NCBI GenBank assembly: GCA_016839265.1
Contig: JAEOUO010000002.1
Coordinates: 68,778 to 132,777 of the forward strand
Direction of reading: 5' to 3'
Source: Candidatus Odinarchaeota archaeon
Lineage (GTDB): Archaea; Asgardarchaeota; Odinarchaeia; Odinarchaeales; Odinarchaeaceae
Length of the DNA stretch: 64,000 nt
Part shown: positions 18,610 to 29,545 of the stretch, one piece after another
Layout of the letters: each line of letters opens with the position of its first letter
How positions within the stretch are numbered: position 1 is the stretch's first letter
The notes under the pieces: generated by a model
What the model was told of the DNA's origin: nothing
Seen by the model: the letters and a program-made list of their open reading frames with translations, nothing else
Database searches by the model: none
Translations under genes and position numbers: made by a program

Positions 18610-18686
18610 CTAAGCTCACTTAAAAATAAATTTTTAATGATAATTCTCACAATCTAATATTATACATTTAGTGATATTTATTTCAA

Positions 18687-19862
18687 GTGGTGAAATTATT
18701 GAATTTACTTATGGTTGCAAATATTTCTCTACCTCCATCTACAGGGGATGCAGTTCACTTCCTAGAGCTAGCCAGACATCTTAGTGAATATAACGTGAAT
18801 GTTACAGTAGTGACGCCTAAACCTTTAAAAGAATTTAAAAACGATTCGAAAATTAAATACTATTTTTACCACCGTTTTGCTTATCATAGATTCGGTAATT
18901 TTCTCAGCTTACTGGTTATGGCTTTAACTGTTTTAAGAATTTGTGTTACTAGGAAATTTAACGCAATCTACCTAAGACAGTCCACATTTTTTTTCATAAT
19001 CAACTTTATAGCTAAATTGTTTAAGCTCCCTGTTTTCCTAGAAGTAAACGGATTATACTCTTATGAAGAGAAAACCAGAGGCGGAGGCGCTTTTAAAATA
19101 TGGTTTTATAGAATTATAGATAATCTAGCGATAATCAACGCTGACGGTGTAATATGTGTAAGTTCTGGATTATATAATTACGCGCTTACTATAAGGGGGA
19201 GCGCTAAAAATATTTTATCTTCCTCTAATGCTGTAGATCTTAGATTATTCAATAAAAGCTTTGACAATTTAAAAATCAGGGAAAAATATAGGCTGGGTGG
19301 GAACCCTATTCTAATTTTTATAGGTAATTTAACCCCTTGGTATGATTTTGAAAACATACTTGAAGCTATGCGAATTATTAGAAGCCGTCGCCCTGACATC
19401 AGATTGCTTATAGTAGGGGAGGGCGAACTTTGGAAAAAGATTGAAACATCTATTAAGGAAATGAAGTTAGATAATGTTATCATGCTTGGAGCTGTCCAAC
19501 ACTCTGAAATACCGGAATTATTAAGTATAGCTGAAGTTGGATTACTGCCTTTAAAACAAATACCCCATAATTTATTTGTAGATATTCCAGTAAAAGTATT
19601 AGAGTACTTTGCAGCTGGTAAACCAGTGATCTCATATAACATAGGCGGGGTCTCGAAGATAGTTATTGACAACTATACAGGTTATCTTATTTCTAATAGC
19701 TCTCCTCAAGCTTTAGCTGAGAAAATACTTGATCTTTTCAAACACCCTGATAAAACACGTGATCTTGGTTTAAATGGAAAGGTTATTTGCGCTGAAAAAT
19801 ACTCTTGGAATACTATTTCTAAGCAAATCGCAGATTTTATTAACTCAATTATACAGAAATAG
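18687..19862 (+). CDS. Glycosyltransferase family 4 (GT-B fold)
   Basis: The C-terminal GT1/GT4 motif region is LLPL...VKVLEYFAAGKPVIS with LIVGEG. 391 aa. Confidence 0.75.
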   Translation: MVKLLNLLMVANISLPPSTGDAVHFLELARHLSEYNVNVTVVTPKPLKEFKNDSKIKYYFYHRFAYHRFGNFLSLLVMALTVLRICVTRKFNAIYLRQSTFFFIINFIAKLFKLPVFLEVNGLYSYEEKTRGGGAFKIWFYRIIDNLAIINADGVICVSSGLYNYALTIRGSAKNILSSSNAVDLRLFNKSFDNLKIREKYRLGGNPILIFIGNLTPWYDFENILEAMRIIRSRRPDIRLLIVGEGELWKKIETSIKEMKLDNVIMLGAVQHSEIPELLSIAEVGLLPLKQIPHNLFVDIPVKVLEYFAAGKPVISYNIGGVSKIVIDNYTGYLISNSSPQALAEKILDLFKHPDKTRDLGLNGKVICAEKYSWNTISKQIADFINSIIQK

Positions 19863-19921
19863 TTTTAAATAATTTTTTTAGTAAGGTATAAATTATTAAA
19901 TTTGTTTACGGGTGCCTCTGA

Positions 19922-21040
19922 GTGAAAATTCTTCAAGTTTCAGCTTACCCCCCCGGCCGTTACGGCGGGTCTGAGCGGTTTGCAATACAGTTATCGGAGC
20001 GGTTAGCTGAAAAAGGTCATGATGTGACGCTTGTTACATCTAATTTTGATAAACAGGTATTCTACGAAGAGGTAAAAGGGGTTAAAATTTATCGTTATAA
20101 GTGTATAAATAATGTTTGGAATGTGAATCCTTTAACGATAATTTTACCTAGACTACTCAGATATGGGGATGAATATGACATAGTTCACGCTCACGGTCAT
20201 ATATTCTTCACCTCTAACCAAGTGGCGTTCGCTAGAAAAATTAAAAAATTTAAGTATGTTCTCCATCTTCATGGTGGAATTATTCCTGAAATGAATAGCG
20301 AGCGAGAGAAGCGTTTTTTGATCAAAAAATGGTTATATGACCCAACTCTCGGAATGTTTACTGTGAAGGCGGCTGATATAATTGCTTCTGTTTCAAAACG
20401 TGATATTGAGAGTGCGATCCGCATATTTAGATGTGAACGTGAGAAATTTGTTTGGATTCCCCCCGCTGTTGATGTAACAAAATTCTGTAACAATCATCAT
20501 TCTAACAACGGGGTTAGTAATATAACTTTTATCGGGCGGCTGGAACCTTGGAAGGGAGCTGACTTATTTATTAATATTGCTAAAAAAATCTATAAAATCA
20601 ACCCGGGTGTTCGATTCACTATTGTTGGAGACGGGTCTTTAAAACATGAGTTAGTTAAATCAGCTGCAGGTTATCCTATCAGATTTTTAGGGGCTGTAAA
20701 TCACGATAGTATCCCTAGCATTTTATCGGAGAGCATAGCGTTAATTTTACCTTCAAGACTAGAGGGATTACCAACGGTATGTATCGAAGCTTTAGCCTGC
20801 GGTGTACCCGTTATCGCTTCTGATGTAGGTGGAACATGTGAGATAATACAACATGGTCGAACAGGGTTTATTTTTAATCTTCATGAATTAGATAAAGCTG
20901 TTGACTACGTTTTAAATTTAATAAACCATCCTGATTTGAAATTGAAAATGGGGTTAATGGGTAGTAGAATTGTTGAAAAAATGTTTTCATGGAATGAAAT
21001 AACTAGGAAGGTTGAAGAATTATATTATAAGATTATTTAG
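19922..21040 (+). CDS. Glycosyltransferase family 4
   Basis: SRLEGLPTVCIEALACGVPVIASDVGG is the canonical GT4 E-x7-E region, with TIVGDG upstream. Confidence 0.8.
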   Translation: MKILQVSAYPPGRYGGSERFAIQLSERLAEKGHDVTLVTSNFDKQVFYEEVKGVKIYRYKCINNVWNVNPLTIILPRLLRYGDEYDIVHAHGHIFFTSNQVAFARKIKKFKYVLHLHGGIIPEMNSEREKRFLIKKWLYDPTLGMFTVKAADIIASVSKRDIESAIRIFRCEREKFVWIPPAVDVTKFCNNHHSNNGVSNITFIGRLEPWKGADLFINIAKKIYKINPGVRFTIVGDGSLKHELVKSAAGYPIRFLGAVNHDSIPSILSESIALILPSRLEGLPTVCIEALACGVPVIASDVGGTCEIIQHGRTGFIFNLHELDKAVDYVLNLINHPDLKLKMGLMGSRIVEKMFSWNEITRKVEELYYKII

Positions 21041-21220
21041 TTTTTAAATATCACGATCTGAAATAAGTAAATAACAGTCAACTCCTCGAATTCTAAAATA
21101 AAATAGTTTACAGTCTCCTGGCGATTTAAAAATCCGTTTTCCAATTAAAATAATATGATAACTTAACTTGGCTGTCTCTTTATTTAAAACCGTGTTCTCG
21201 TATTAGATTTTTATAAAATT

Positions 21221-22384
21221 TTATGTTTTAATGATAACTGCATATTTATTACGGACCGCGGAGACACTGAAATCCTTTTCAAAAATTTCTTGAAATCTTT
21301 TAACGCAGTTAACAGATATTTTCTCTCTAAGATTTTCATTATCCAATAATTTTTTAATCAAATCTGCAAGTTTATGTGTCTCACCCGGATTGAAAAGAAA
21401 TCCGTTATAGCCGTCGGTGATAAGGTAGGGCACACCTCCAATTTTAGAGGCGATTACCGGAACCCCGCACGCCATCGCCTCCAAGATTATATTCGGCATT
21501 AACTCTAAATATGAGGTGTTAACTAAAACATATGTTTTTCTTAAAATTTTAATGAGTTCTCTATGAGGCACCGTCGGAATTATTTTAACAATTTCTTGAA
21601 GTTTATTTGCGTCTACAAATTTTTTAATTACATTCTCTAAGCTACCGTTGCCTATAATTAAACTTTTAAAATCACTTCTAATTTTTGAAATATCTAGTAT
21701 GGACTTCAAAAAACTTAACGGCCCCTTCTCTAATTCCAATCTCCCAGCAAATAATATATTTTTTTCACCAAATTTTTCTCTAGCATCCCCAGGAATCTCA
21801 TCTATAATATCGGGGATGAAAACTGTTTTATATTCAAATCCTTTAAGTTTTTGATAATATTTTGGCGGCGATACTGAAATAATTCTATTCGATAATTTGA
21901 ACACTGCTTTCTCTAATATTGAGCAAATTTCGTATACTACTCTGTTCAGTAATCTAGATATACAACCTTTATTTTTATATGAGAATAGAGCCACGTCTAC
22001 ACTCTCAGTGACTCTTAGAAAGTTTTTTCTACCTGTTACTATAGCGGCTAATACATCTACTAATCCTAGGGTGAAGTGTCCTGAGACATTTGTAATGAAA
22101 AAAATTTGCGGGTTCTTCTTTATAACGTCAACTGTTTTTTTAAATAATCTGATTAGAAATATTAGATGATATAATAAACCAGTTGTATTCTTATAAATAA
22201 TATTTTTAACAGGGTGTTTCACCGCTTCTTTTAAACTGGAGTTAACATAATAATTTTCATCGCATATTACATGAATGTTTTTAACTAAACCTTGAACTCC
22301 GTTGATTATTTTCTTTAGTTTATTATCAGCTAATATTATAAAATGCCGGCTGGGTGTTTTCTCATTCACTATAATTAAATCCAT
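21221..22384 (-). CDS. Glycosyltransferase family 4
   Basis: LELMPNIILEAMACGVPVIASKIGG and IIGNGSL motifs. Confidence 0.75.
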   Translation of the reverse strand: MDLIIVNEKTPSRHFIILADNKLKKIINGVQGLVKNIHVICDENYYVNSSLKEAVKHPVKNIIYKNTTGLLYHLIFLIRLFKKTVDVIKKNPQIFFITNVSGHFTLGLVDVLAAIVTGRKNFLRVTESVDVALFSYKNKGCISRLLNRVVYEICSILEKAVFKLSNRIISVSPPKYYQKLKGFEYKTVFIPDIIDEIPGDAREKFGEKNILFAGRLELEKGPLSFLKSILDISKIRSDFKSLIIGNGSLENVIKKFVDANKLQEIVKIIPTVPHRELIKILRKTYVLVNTSYLELMPNIILEAMACGVPVIASKIGGVPYLITDGYNGFLFNPGETHKLADLIKKLLDNENLREKISVNCVKRFQEIFEKDFSVSAVRNKYAVIIKT

Positions 22385-22518
22385 TAAAAAACCAACCTCT
22401 TACAATAATTGTTTCATGTTCTTCTCTTTCTAATACTATTTTATTAAATTGCTTAAAGAAATTGCTATAAATTAAATATATTTTTATATTAATACTTATT
22501 ATAAATTTGTAAATTTAG

Positions 22519-22857
22519 GTGGTTGACATGGAAACAAAATTAAGTTTCACACATATTCCTGGAAGGAGAAATACTTGTAAAATAACTGTTTACGCGCTGT
22601 CTACTTGCGGGTTTTGTAGACGTGCTTTAAATTTTTTGAAGGAGAATGAAGTAGAATTCGAATATATATATGTGGATCAGCTTCCTTTAAATGTTCAAGA
22701 AGAGCTTGTAGCTAAACTAGAGAAGGAATTTAATAGACATGTCGCTTTCCCCTTTCTGGTTGTCGACGGGCGGGAGTGTTATGTGGGTTTTGATCTAGAA
22801 AAATATCAGCGGATTTTAGAGGAAATCGATCTTAAAGAGGCTTTTAAAAATGCCTGA
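22519..22857 (+). CDS. Glutaredoxin-like/thioredoxin-fold protein
   Basis: CGFC active-site CxxC in YALSTCGFCRRALNFLKEN with a Trx-fold-size body. Its 3' end overlaps the next gene by 8 nt. Confidence 0.55.
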   Translation: MVDMETKLSFTHIPGRRNTCKITVYALSTCGFCRRALNFLKENEVEFEYIYVDQLPLNVQEELVAKLEKEFNRHVAFPFLVVDGRECYVGFDLEKYQRILEEIDLKEAFKNA

Positions 22858-23188
22858 AATAAAATCTAATAAAACGACTGCGGATACTGAGAAATATGTT
22901 AAAATGGTAGCTTCCCATAGAGGTTGGGTGCTTAACTGGGATAATGAATTAATGAGCTTTCTTATAGAAGGGCTCACCGCTAATTGGAATAAATACGGCT
23001 ACTATAACTGTCCTTGTAGGCTGTCTAAAGGGGATCGAAATAAGGATAGAGATATTATATGTCCTTGTGTATACGCGGAGGCGGATATTAAACAGTACGG
23101 TCACTGTTACTGTGGTTTATACTTGTCTAAAGAATTTTATGATTTGAAAAAACCTGTCTCCCCTATACCTGACAGACGCTACCTGTAA
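22850..23188 (+). CDS. Ferredoxin-thioredoxin reductase catalytic-subunit-like protein (FTR/FDR-type)
   Basis: A CPC..(16)..CPC..(15)..HCYC cysteine arrangement (CPCRLSKGDR...ICPCVYAEADIKQYGHCYCGLY) matches the FTR catalytic-subunit 4Fe-4S and redox-disulfide signature. Confidence 0.65.
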   Translation: MPEIKSNKTTADTEKYVKMVASHRGWVLNWDNELMSFLIEGLTANWNKYGYYNCPCRLSKGDRNKDRDIICPCVYAEADIKQYGHCYCGLYLSKEFYDLKKPVSPIPDRRYL

Positions 23189-23242
23189 ATTTTATAATTA
23201 CAGATGCTCGGTGTTCTAAAATGGCGTATTTTAATTTATTAA

Positions 23243-24601
23243 TTATTTTATTATTTTTAGAATTAAATCTGTTATTTTTCTAAAAATCAAATTAAATGTT
23301 TTACTTAATGAACCTTTTTTCATTAATTTATGTTGAAGTAGCCCTTTATACATGGCTATTCGAAGTTTTAATTCTGTGAATCCGCTTTTATATAATAGAT
23401 CGTGTCTAGTTGGGGATCCTCTTTTCTTACGCCATTCGCGCTTAGTTATTCTATCTTTAACTTTTTTATATAGTCCTGTTCCTGGTATTGGGTAAGGGAA
23501 ACTATATGAAAGATAATCTAATGGGAGAGTTGATGAAAAATTAACGGTCTCTATTATAGTATTTTTCGTATCCCCTGGATAACCTAAGATAAAGAATCCC
23601 CCAGTTTCTATTCCAGCTTTATGAGCCGCATGCACAGCATGGGCAGCATTTTTCTTTGTTATTCTCTTACCTATTATTTTTAGAACTCTATCGCTGCCTG
23701 ATTCTATACCGAAGAATATACGTTTGCAACCAGCTTTAGCCATTAAATCCGCTACTCTCTGAGTTAATTTATCAACTCTGCTTAGGCACTCCCATTCTAA
23801 ATCAAGTTTTTCTCTAATAATTATCTCACATATTTTTTCAATCCGTCTCAAGTTTTGGGTGAAACAATCATCTGTGAAAAAGATTCTTTCGTATCCTAAT
23901 TCTTTTATTTTTATCATTTCGTGTATAACATTGCTCGGACTTCTCTCCCTGTAGCTTATTCCGAAAACAGGGTTACTGCAAAAATCACATGAATAAGGGC
24001 AGCCCCTTGTTGAAATAATACTTGTAGAAGTATAGCCGTGAAATTTTCGCCAATACCATTTATATTCTTTATTTGGGAATAACTCTCTGGCTGGGAAGGG
24101 GATGTTATCTAAATTTTTGATTAAATCTCTTTTACCTGTTATTATAATTTTATCGTCGTGTTTGTAAGCGATGCCTTTAATATTCTTCCAATTTTTCTTT
24201 GACTCATATTCATTTATTACATCGATTATAGTCTCCTCTCCCTCTCCTAGTATAACTATATCAAAGTTGTTTAAATAGTTCTCAGGTGTTAGAGTTGGGA
24301 GAGGTCCTCCTGCTATCATTAAATCAACATTTTCACGTAAAGCTTCAGCTATTTTAATAGCATTATAATTTATGGTAACCATTGAGTATACTCCTAGTAT
24401 TCTCGGATTCAACTTAGATATTTCTCTGATACTTTTTTCAAGTGTTTTAAAAGTGCAATCTACTATTTTGACATTTAGCTCACTTTTTTTATTCAATATG
24501 CTGGATGCTAGGTATCCTAAACCTAAAGGGGGGTATCTGAAAATAGATCTATCATATTCGACGTTTATATAGGGGTACACTAATACGATATCAGTTTTCA
24601 T
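23243..24601 (-). CDS. B12-binding-domain radical SAM enzyme
   Basis: N-terminal cobalamin-binding-like Rossmann region (ILGVYSMVTINYNAIKIAE...MIAGGP) followed by the radical SAM cluster motif STRGCPYSCDFC. 452 aa. Confidence 0.8.
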   Translation of the reverse strand: MKTDIVLVYPYINVEYDRSIFRYPPLGLGYLASSILNKKSELNVKIVDCTFKTLEKSIREISKLNPRILGVYSMVTINYNAIKIAEALRENVDLMIAGGPLPTLTPENYLNNFDIVILGEGEETIIDVINEYESKKNWKNIKGIAYKHDDKIIITGKRDLIKNLDNIPFPARELFPNKEYKWYWRKFHGYTSTSIISTRGCPYSCDFCSNPVFGISYRERSPSNVIHEMIKIKELGYERIFFTDDCFTQNLRRIEKICEIIIREKLDLEWECLSRVDKLTQRVADLMAKAGCKRIFFGIESGSDRVLKIIGKRITKKNAAHAVHAAHKAGIETGGFFILGYPGDTKNTIIETVNFSSTLPLDYLSYSFPYPIPGTGLYKKVKDRITKREWRKKRGSPTRHDLLYKSGFTELKLRIAMYKGLLQHKLMKKGSLSKTFNLIFRKITDLILKIIK

Positions 24602-25440
24602 TAAACTCCGCTCATATTTTCAATGTTGCCTATTTTTATCTGATAAGAAATTTTTTTAACAGGTGGAGATGATAGTATTATACCACTCCAACTATGTTTC
24701 GGGGAGAAAACCTCTCTACCCATAAAACCTTTTAAACCGGTAGGTATAACTACTTTGAACCCTATTTTTATATTAGGAGAGTAGAATACTGCGTAATCTG
24801 AGTTAATAGTTTGCCAGCCTCTTATTTGAGTGTCTCTAAGTTTAAGCCCGGACCCGTCGAAATAATGTGTGAAAAAATGACCTCCCAGCTCATTGCACAT
24901 ATATATTTTCTGGAGGCCCCTCATGTAGACGTTTTCAAAGAGGGCCTCAATATTAATTCTATTATTTTTCTCTTCGTAATTAAATTTGACTTCTGCGAAA
25001 CCTTTGCTTTTAACTTTAATAAAACATGTTGAGGAAATTTTATCTTCGATTTGAATCCTTTTTCTTAACTTCTCCCACAGATAAAGATAGAAGTAACCTA
25101 AATCAGACTTATATGCACGGTTTACTAATCGAGCTGGAACCCATGAGAAATACTTAATATTTTGAGTTTCTTTTTGATTTCTTTCGATTAAATTAAAATA
25201 GAATTTTTTACTAGTTAAATTCAAATTTTTTTCTAATAGTATTCTACTATCTCCAGGGAAATAAAAATCTCTCTTATATTGTAGAATTGGAACACCAAAT
25301 CCTAGACCTTCCTCACATAAATCTGTTTTTAAACCGTTTAAAACAGGTATTAAACCCTTCTGAACATAAGCCGATTTACCTTTACAGGGGTAGGCGCTCT
25401 CATATAATTTAAAACTTATCATTAAACCCCCTTTCTTCAA
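24601..25440 (-). CDS. Hypothetical protein (279 aa), translationally coupled to the downstream B12-radical SAM gene
   Basis: Its stop overlaps the ATG of the B12-rSAM gene by 1 nt. No recognisable motif. Confidence 0.45.
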   Translation of the reverse strand: MKKGGLMISFKLYESAYPCKGKSAYVQKGLIPVLNGLKTDLCEEGLGFGVPILQYKRDFYFPGDSRILLEKNLNLTSKKFYFNLIERNQKETQNIKYFSWVPARLVNRAYKSDLGYFYLYLWEKLRKRIQIEDKISSTCFIKVKSKGFAEVKFNYEEKNNRINIEALFENVYMRGLQKIYMCNELGGHFFTHYFDGSGLKLRDTQIRGWQTINSDYAVFYSPNIKIGFKVVIPTGLKGFMGREVFSPKHSWSGIILSSPPVKKISYQIKIGNIENMSGV

Positions 25441-25542
25441 GTTAAAATCTTTTTCAACGTTTTAAAATATTAGTTTCAGCCATCTCTCTATATACTTATT
25501 AATAAATTCCTTAATAATAAATATTTAATAGTAATTTTTAAG

Positions 25543-26685
25543 GTGTATCCGGTGTTTGTTGAGGCTATAAGAAAACTTATTGAGAAGCTTAGCGAGCGAA
25601 TGAGCTATGTTGAAGTGGGAAAGCCCTACTTCGCTCACCCCCCTTACAAAGTATATGAGATTAACCCGAGTTGTTTCAATCCTATAAAGAGGCTTGAAAG
25701 CGATCGGCGTATTTTCTTCGTAGACGGGGGTAATAATTCTATTTTAGAAGGTGCTGGTGTTTCAATTCAATATAATCGTGTCTACTTTAATATTTTTAAC
25801 GGTGGCTTAAGGGTTAACCCTGTTAGAATCCCTGAGGGAATTGACTTTCTATCCGCTTCTATTAACGTTTTAAGAGATGAACAGCCTTTCTTTGAAACTA
25901 TTATCCTCCCATTAAACGAGAGTTTTAAAAATTATCTTCCAACTGAATCAGATCTCTTATTCTCCTTCAAAGATCGTAGTATAATAGTCGGCTCATCTGA
26001 AACAGAGGTTACTATAGACTTTAGTAGAGTATCTTCTATGGCTAGAAGATTCGCGGAGCTTCAACTAGCTTATCATCTAGTGAAGGAGGAGATGGCTGAG
26101 GGTGATATTCTTGTCCTCGACAGAACTTTGCAAACATCTTATACAAATGAATCTAAGTATTCTGATAAACTGTTTGAAGCTGCTAATAACAAGGGTGTTA
26201 TTGTTTCAGGGCTGTCTAAAACCAACCGCGTGTTCACCACAACGGGTATGGCTTTACTAGAAGCGGTTCAACTCACAGCTAAAGAAGTTGAATATGATCG
26301 ATGGTATATTCTTTTAGCTGAATCCTCTACTAAAGATCATAATGCAGCTATATTCGCGGTTAAACTTAACCCTATAAGTGAATATGTTTTCAGATATGAA
26401 ATCTTAGGAGAACAATACTCTAAGATGTCTGATAGAGATCTTGGAGAAGTTTTATGGAAGCTTTGTGAGAATTCATCTGATTTATGTTTTCCAGGTTACC
26501 CTTACGGACTTATATCCGTTGATAGATTTGCTCGTGTTCGTTTTAATGAAATTGAAGCTTATAAAACGATTCTAATCTCGGAACTATCTAAAACAGATAT
26601 ATTTGAAAAAATTATAAGTAGAGTGAAATCAGCTAACGCTCACGAGGTGCTTGATAATCTCGCCTCTGAGTTTGGAGGTGTATGA
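25543..26685 (+). CDS. nurA: NurA-like 5'-3' nuclease
   Basis: N-terminal [14 protein letters not shown] resembles the NurA catalytic Asp motif (a/vDGS). The ~380-aa size fits, and it sits immediately upstream of, and overlapping, herA-mre11-rad50. Confidence 0.5.
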   Translation: MYPVFVEAIRKLIEKLSERMSYVEVGKPYFAHPPYKVYEINPSCFNPIKRLESDRRIFFVDGGNNSILEGAGVSIQYNRVYFNIFNGGLRVNPVRIPEGIDFLSASINVLRDEQPFFETIILPLNESFKNYLPTESDLLFSFKDRSIIVGSSETEVTIDFSRVSSMARRFAELQLAYHLVKEEMAEGDILVLDRTLQTSYTNESKYSDKLFEAANNKGVIVSGLSKTNRVFTTTGMALLEAVQLTAKEVEYDRWYILLAESSTKDHNAAIFAVKLNPISEYVFRYEILGEQYSKMSDRDLGEVLWKLCENSSDLCFPGYPYGLISVDRFARVRFNEIEAYKTILISELSKTDIFEKIISRVKSANAHEVLDNLASEFGGV

Positions 26686-28231
26686 CTTGGATGTTGTCGG
26701 TAGTGTGATAGGAGGTTCTATCGGTAAAATTATTTTAAGGCAGAAGTCTGGTGAACGAATAGAATTAGGTGATTTACTTGTAGCTGAGGAGGCTGGAGGA
26801 TTAGTTATAATGCAAGTCTATGACTTAGCTTACGGTAGTCAAATACCACTCACAAATATAGAGATGATCGCAGGTCTTCGACTTGAAGGCTACGGTGAAA
26901 GATCTGATTTAAACCTTATAGACGCGGAGCTTAGACACTATGTTATAGCCTTTGTGAAAGCTGTTCTAAGAGTAGAGAACGGTGTTCCAAGGATACCTAA
27001 AAATCTGCCTAGTTTTCTTTCATCTCTTAGAAGAATTAAACCTGAAGATCTCAGCTTTCTCACTAAGCCAGCTAAACCTATATACGTAGGTAATTTGAGA
27101 AGCGGCTCAAAGGTTTTAGGTCTCCCAATATATCTCGACGGCCCTGAAGTTTTAACCCATCATGTTATCATCCCAGCGACTACTGGGAGAGGTAAAAGTA
27201 ATCTAGTGAAGGTTATGCTTTGGAGCTTAATGGATCAAGATAGTTTCGGCGTTCTCGTTTTAGACTCTCATGATGAATATTACGGCCGCCACGGGAGAGG
27301 ATTGAAAGATCACCCTGACGCAGACGACCGGTTAGTCTACTATACGTCAACTACACCTCCTTCCGGCGGGTTCAGCCTTATAATCGACTTAGAATCGATT
27401 AAACCCTTCCACTTTAACGGTATAGCTGAGTTCTCAGACGCACAGTCAGATGCGATATACATGTATAACACTTCGTTCAAGGAGAAGTGGATTGAAAAAA
27501 TTTTAAAAAATGAGCTGCCTGAAGGTGCTGAGAATAAGATTAAACCTGGAACACTCGCAGTCCTTCAACGAAGACTTGAACATTTCTTGGGAGTCAGATG
27601 CACTGAAGAAAATAAATTAGAATTCTTTAATAGTGTTTTCAGCGATAATAAAGGTCAGTCTACGGTGAATGATATTGTAGATTCATTAGAAGAGGGTAAA
27701 ATTGTCATAATAGACACTTCCCGTATATCCGATATCACCGAGCTTCTTATCGGCGTGATAATTGTAAGCGAGGTTTTCCAACGATACCAGAAATATAAAT
27801 ACACAGGTGAACTTGATAGTAAACCTGTTATAAGCATTGTTATAGAGGAAGCTCCACGCGTTATAGGTGAAGATGTTTTAGATAGAGGGGATAATATTTA
27901 CAGTACTGTAGCCAGAGAGGGGCGTAAATTCAAAGTTGGTTTGATGGCTATCACCCAGCTTACAAGTGTGATACCAGGCCCGATACTAGCTAATATGAAC
28001 ACTAAGATAATTCTCGGAAACGAGATGGCTGCTGAAAGGAATGCTATCATCGCTTTCGCACCGCAGGATCTCTCAGATGATTCTCAGACTATAGCCAGCT
28101 TGGATAAAGGAGAGGCTATTATCAGCAGTAACTTCACTAAATTCGCTATTCCTGTTAAAATACCATTATTCGAAGAATATATTAAAGATAAACTCGCTAA
28201 AACCTCTAGTAAAGATATCGCTTATCTTTAA
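26651..28231 (+). CDS. herA: HerA-type DNA helicase/ATPase
   Basis: Walker A as [14 protein letters not shown] (HerA GxTGSGKS-like). Walker B region VIIDTSRI. 526 aa. The true start is probably a TTG or GTG at ~26672-26687, because the listed start overlaps nurA. Confidence 0.75.
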   Translation: MIISPLSLEVYDLDVVGSVIGGSIGKIILRQKSGERIELGDLLVAEEAGGLVIMQVYDLAYGSQIPLTNIEMIAGLRLEGYGERSDLNLIDAELRHYVIAFVKAVLRVENGVPRIPKNLPSFLSSLRRIKPEDLSFLTKPAKPIYVGNLRSGSKVLGLPIYLDGPEVLTHHVIIPATTGRGKSNLVKVMLWSLMDQDSFGVLVLDSHDEYYGRHGRGLKDHPDADDRLVYYTSTTPPSGGFSLIIDLESIKPFHFNGIAEFSDAQSDAIYMYNTSFKEKWIEKILKNELPEGAENKIKPGTLAVLQRRLEHFLGVRCTEENKLEFFNSVFSDNKGQSTVNDIVDSLEEGKIVIIDTSRISDITELLIGVIIVSEVFQRYQKYKYTGELDSKPVISIVIEEAPRVIGEDVLDRGDNIYSTVAREGRKFKVGLMAITQLTSVIPGPILANMNTKIILGNEMAAERNAIIAFAPQDLSDDSQTIASLDKGEAIISSNFTKFAIPVKIPLFEEYIKDKLAKTSSKDIAYL

Positions 28232-28243
28232 AGGTGTAAAATC

Positions 28244-29494
28244 TTGTACAGGTTCGCTCATATAGCTGACTGCCATCTAGGCGCTAACAGGGAGCCTGAG
28301 CTTCGACAGCTTGAAGTTGAAGCGTTTAAAAAAAGTATAGACACGTGTATTAGTAGAGGAGTAGACTTCATTATTATAAGCGGAGATATCTTCCACTCTA
28401 ATCTCCCGGATATGTGGGTTGTAAACGAAGCTGTGAGAAAGATGAGGGATGCTGTTGATAAAGGTATCCCGATATACGTGGTGTACGGTAGCCACGATTA
28501 TAGTCCAACCGGCACCTCTATCATTGATATTCTAGACAGCGCTGGCTTAGTTAAGCGAATCGGCGCCGGCGAAGTTAAAGACGGAAAGCTTTTTCTAAAA
28601 TTCGTTGAAGACCCTAAGACTAAAGCTAAACTGACAGGTATATCTGCTAGAAAACTCGGTATTGAAAAAGAATATTATAAGATTTTAAACCGTGAGCTTC
28701 TTGAAGCTGAAACCGGGTTTAAAATCTTCGTCTTCCACACCATGCTCTCAGAGCTGAAACCAGCTGACTTAGCTAAAACTGATTCAATACCTGTATCATA
28801 TCTACCAGTAGGCTTCAACTATTATGCCGGCGGGCATCCTCATAAAAATATAGTTGAAAACTTCAAAAACTACCCGTACATCGTATATCCAGGTCCATTA
28901 TTCGCTAAGGATTCAAAAGATTTCGAGGAGGCTGCTAAAGATGTTAAAAGAGGCTTCTACATAGTTGATTTCGATTCACAGATTATAAATATAGAGTTTA
29001 TAGAAGTGAAAGTATGCGACTACTATTTCGAAGAATACGATGCAAGCGGTAAGAGCCCCGCTCAAATTATGAATGATTTAACCGAGCGTATGAAGAAAGC
29101 TGATTTAACCAATAAAATAGTATTATTGAAATTAAGCGGAGAGCTAGCCTCAGGTAAAACATCAGATATAGATTTCACAACTATTCGACGGATAATCATG
29201 GATCAAGGTGCGCTACATGTTCGAATAAACCGGTATGCTTTAACCTCTAAAGAATACGCTTCGATTAGAGTTAAAGGCGGCGATGTGCATGAGATCGAAG
29301 AGAAAATATTCGAGGAGAATATTCGCAGTGTTAAAGTCTCCAACCCTAAGCTTACCTCACCTGAAGGCGTGAAGATGGCTGTGAATCTTTTAAAAGCTTT
29401 AAGAGATCCACCTAAAATAAACGAGTCTAAAGAAGACTATTTTAACAGGATTCGAAGCCAAGCTTTAAAAATTTTAGGGCTGCCGGAGGGATAA
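28244..29494 (+). CDS. mre11: Mre11 DNA double-strand-break repair nuclease
   Basis: Phosphoesterase motifs AHIADCHLG, GDIFHS, YGSHDY, HTM and GGHPH in canonical order. Confidence 0.85.
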   Translation: MYRFAHIADCHLGANREPELRQLEVEAFKKSIDTCISRGVDFIIISGDIFHSNLPDMWVVNEAVRKMRDAVDKGIPIYVVYGSHDYSPTGTSIIDILDSAGLVKRIGAGEVKDGKLFLKFVEDPKTKAKLTGISARKLGIEKEYYKILNRELLEAETGFKIFVFHTMLSELKPADLAKTDSIPVSYLPVGFNYYAGGHPHKNIVENFKNYPYIVYPGPLFAKDSKDFEEAAKDVKRGFYIVDFDSQIINIEFIEVKVCDYYFEEYDASGKSPAQIMNDLTERMKKADLTNKIVLLKLSGELASGKTSDIDFTTIRRIIMDQGALHVRINRYALTSKEYASIRVKGGDVHEIEEKIFEENIRSVKVSNPKLTSPEGVKMAVNLLKALRDPPKINESKEDYFNRIRSQALKILGLPEG

Positions 29495-29545
29495 GCGACG
29501 ATTATTAAATCAATAGAGTTAAAGAATATTAGAAGCTACGCTGAT

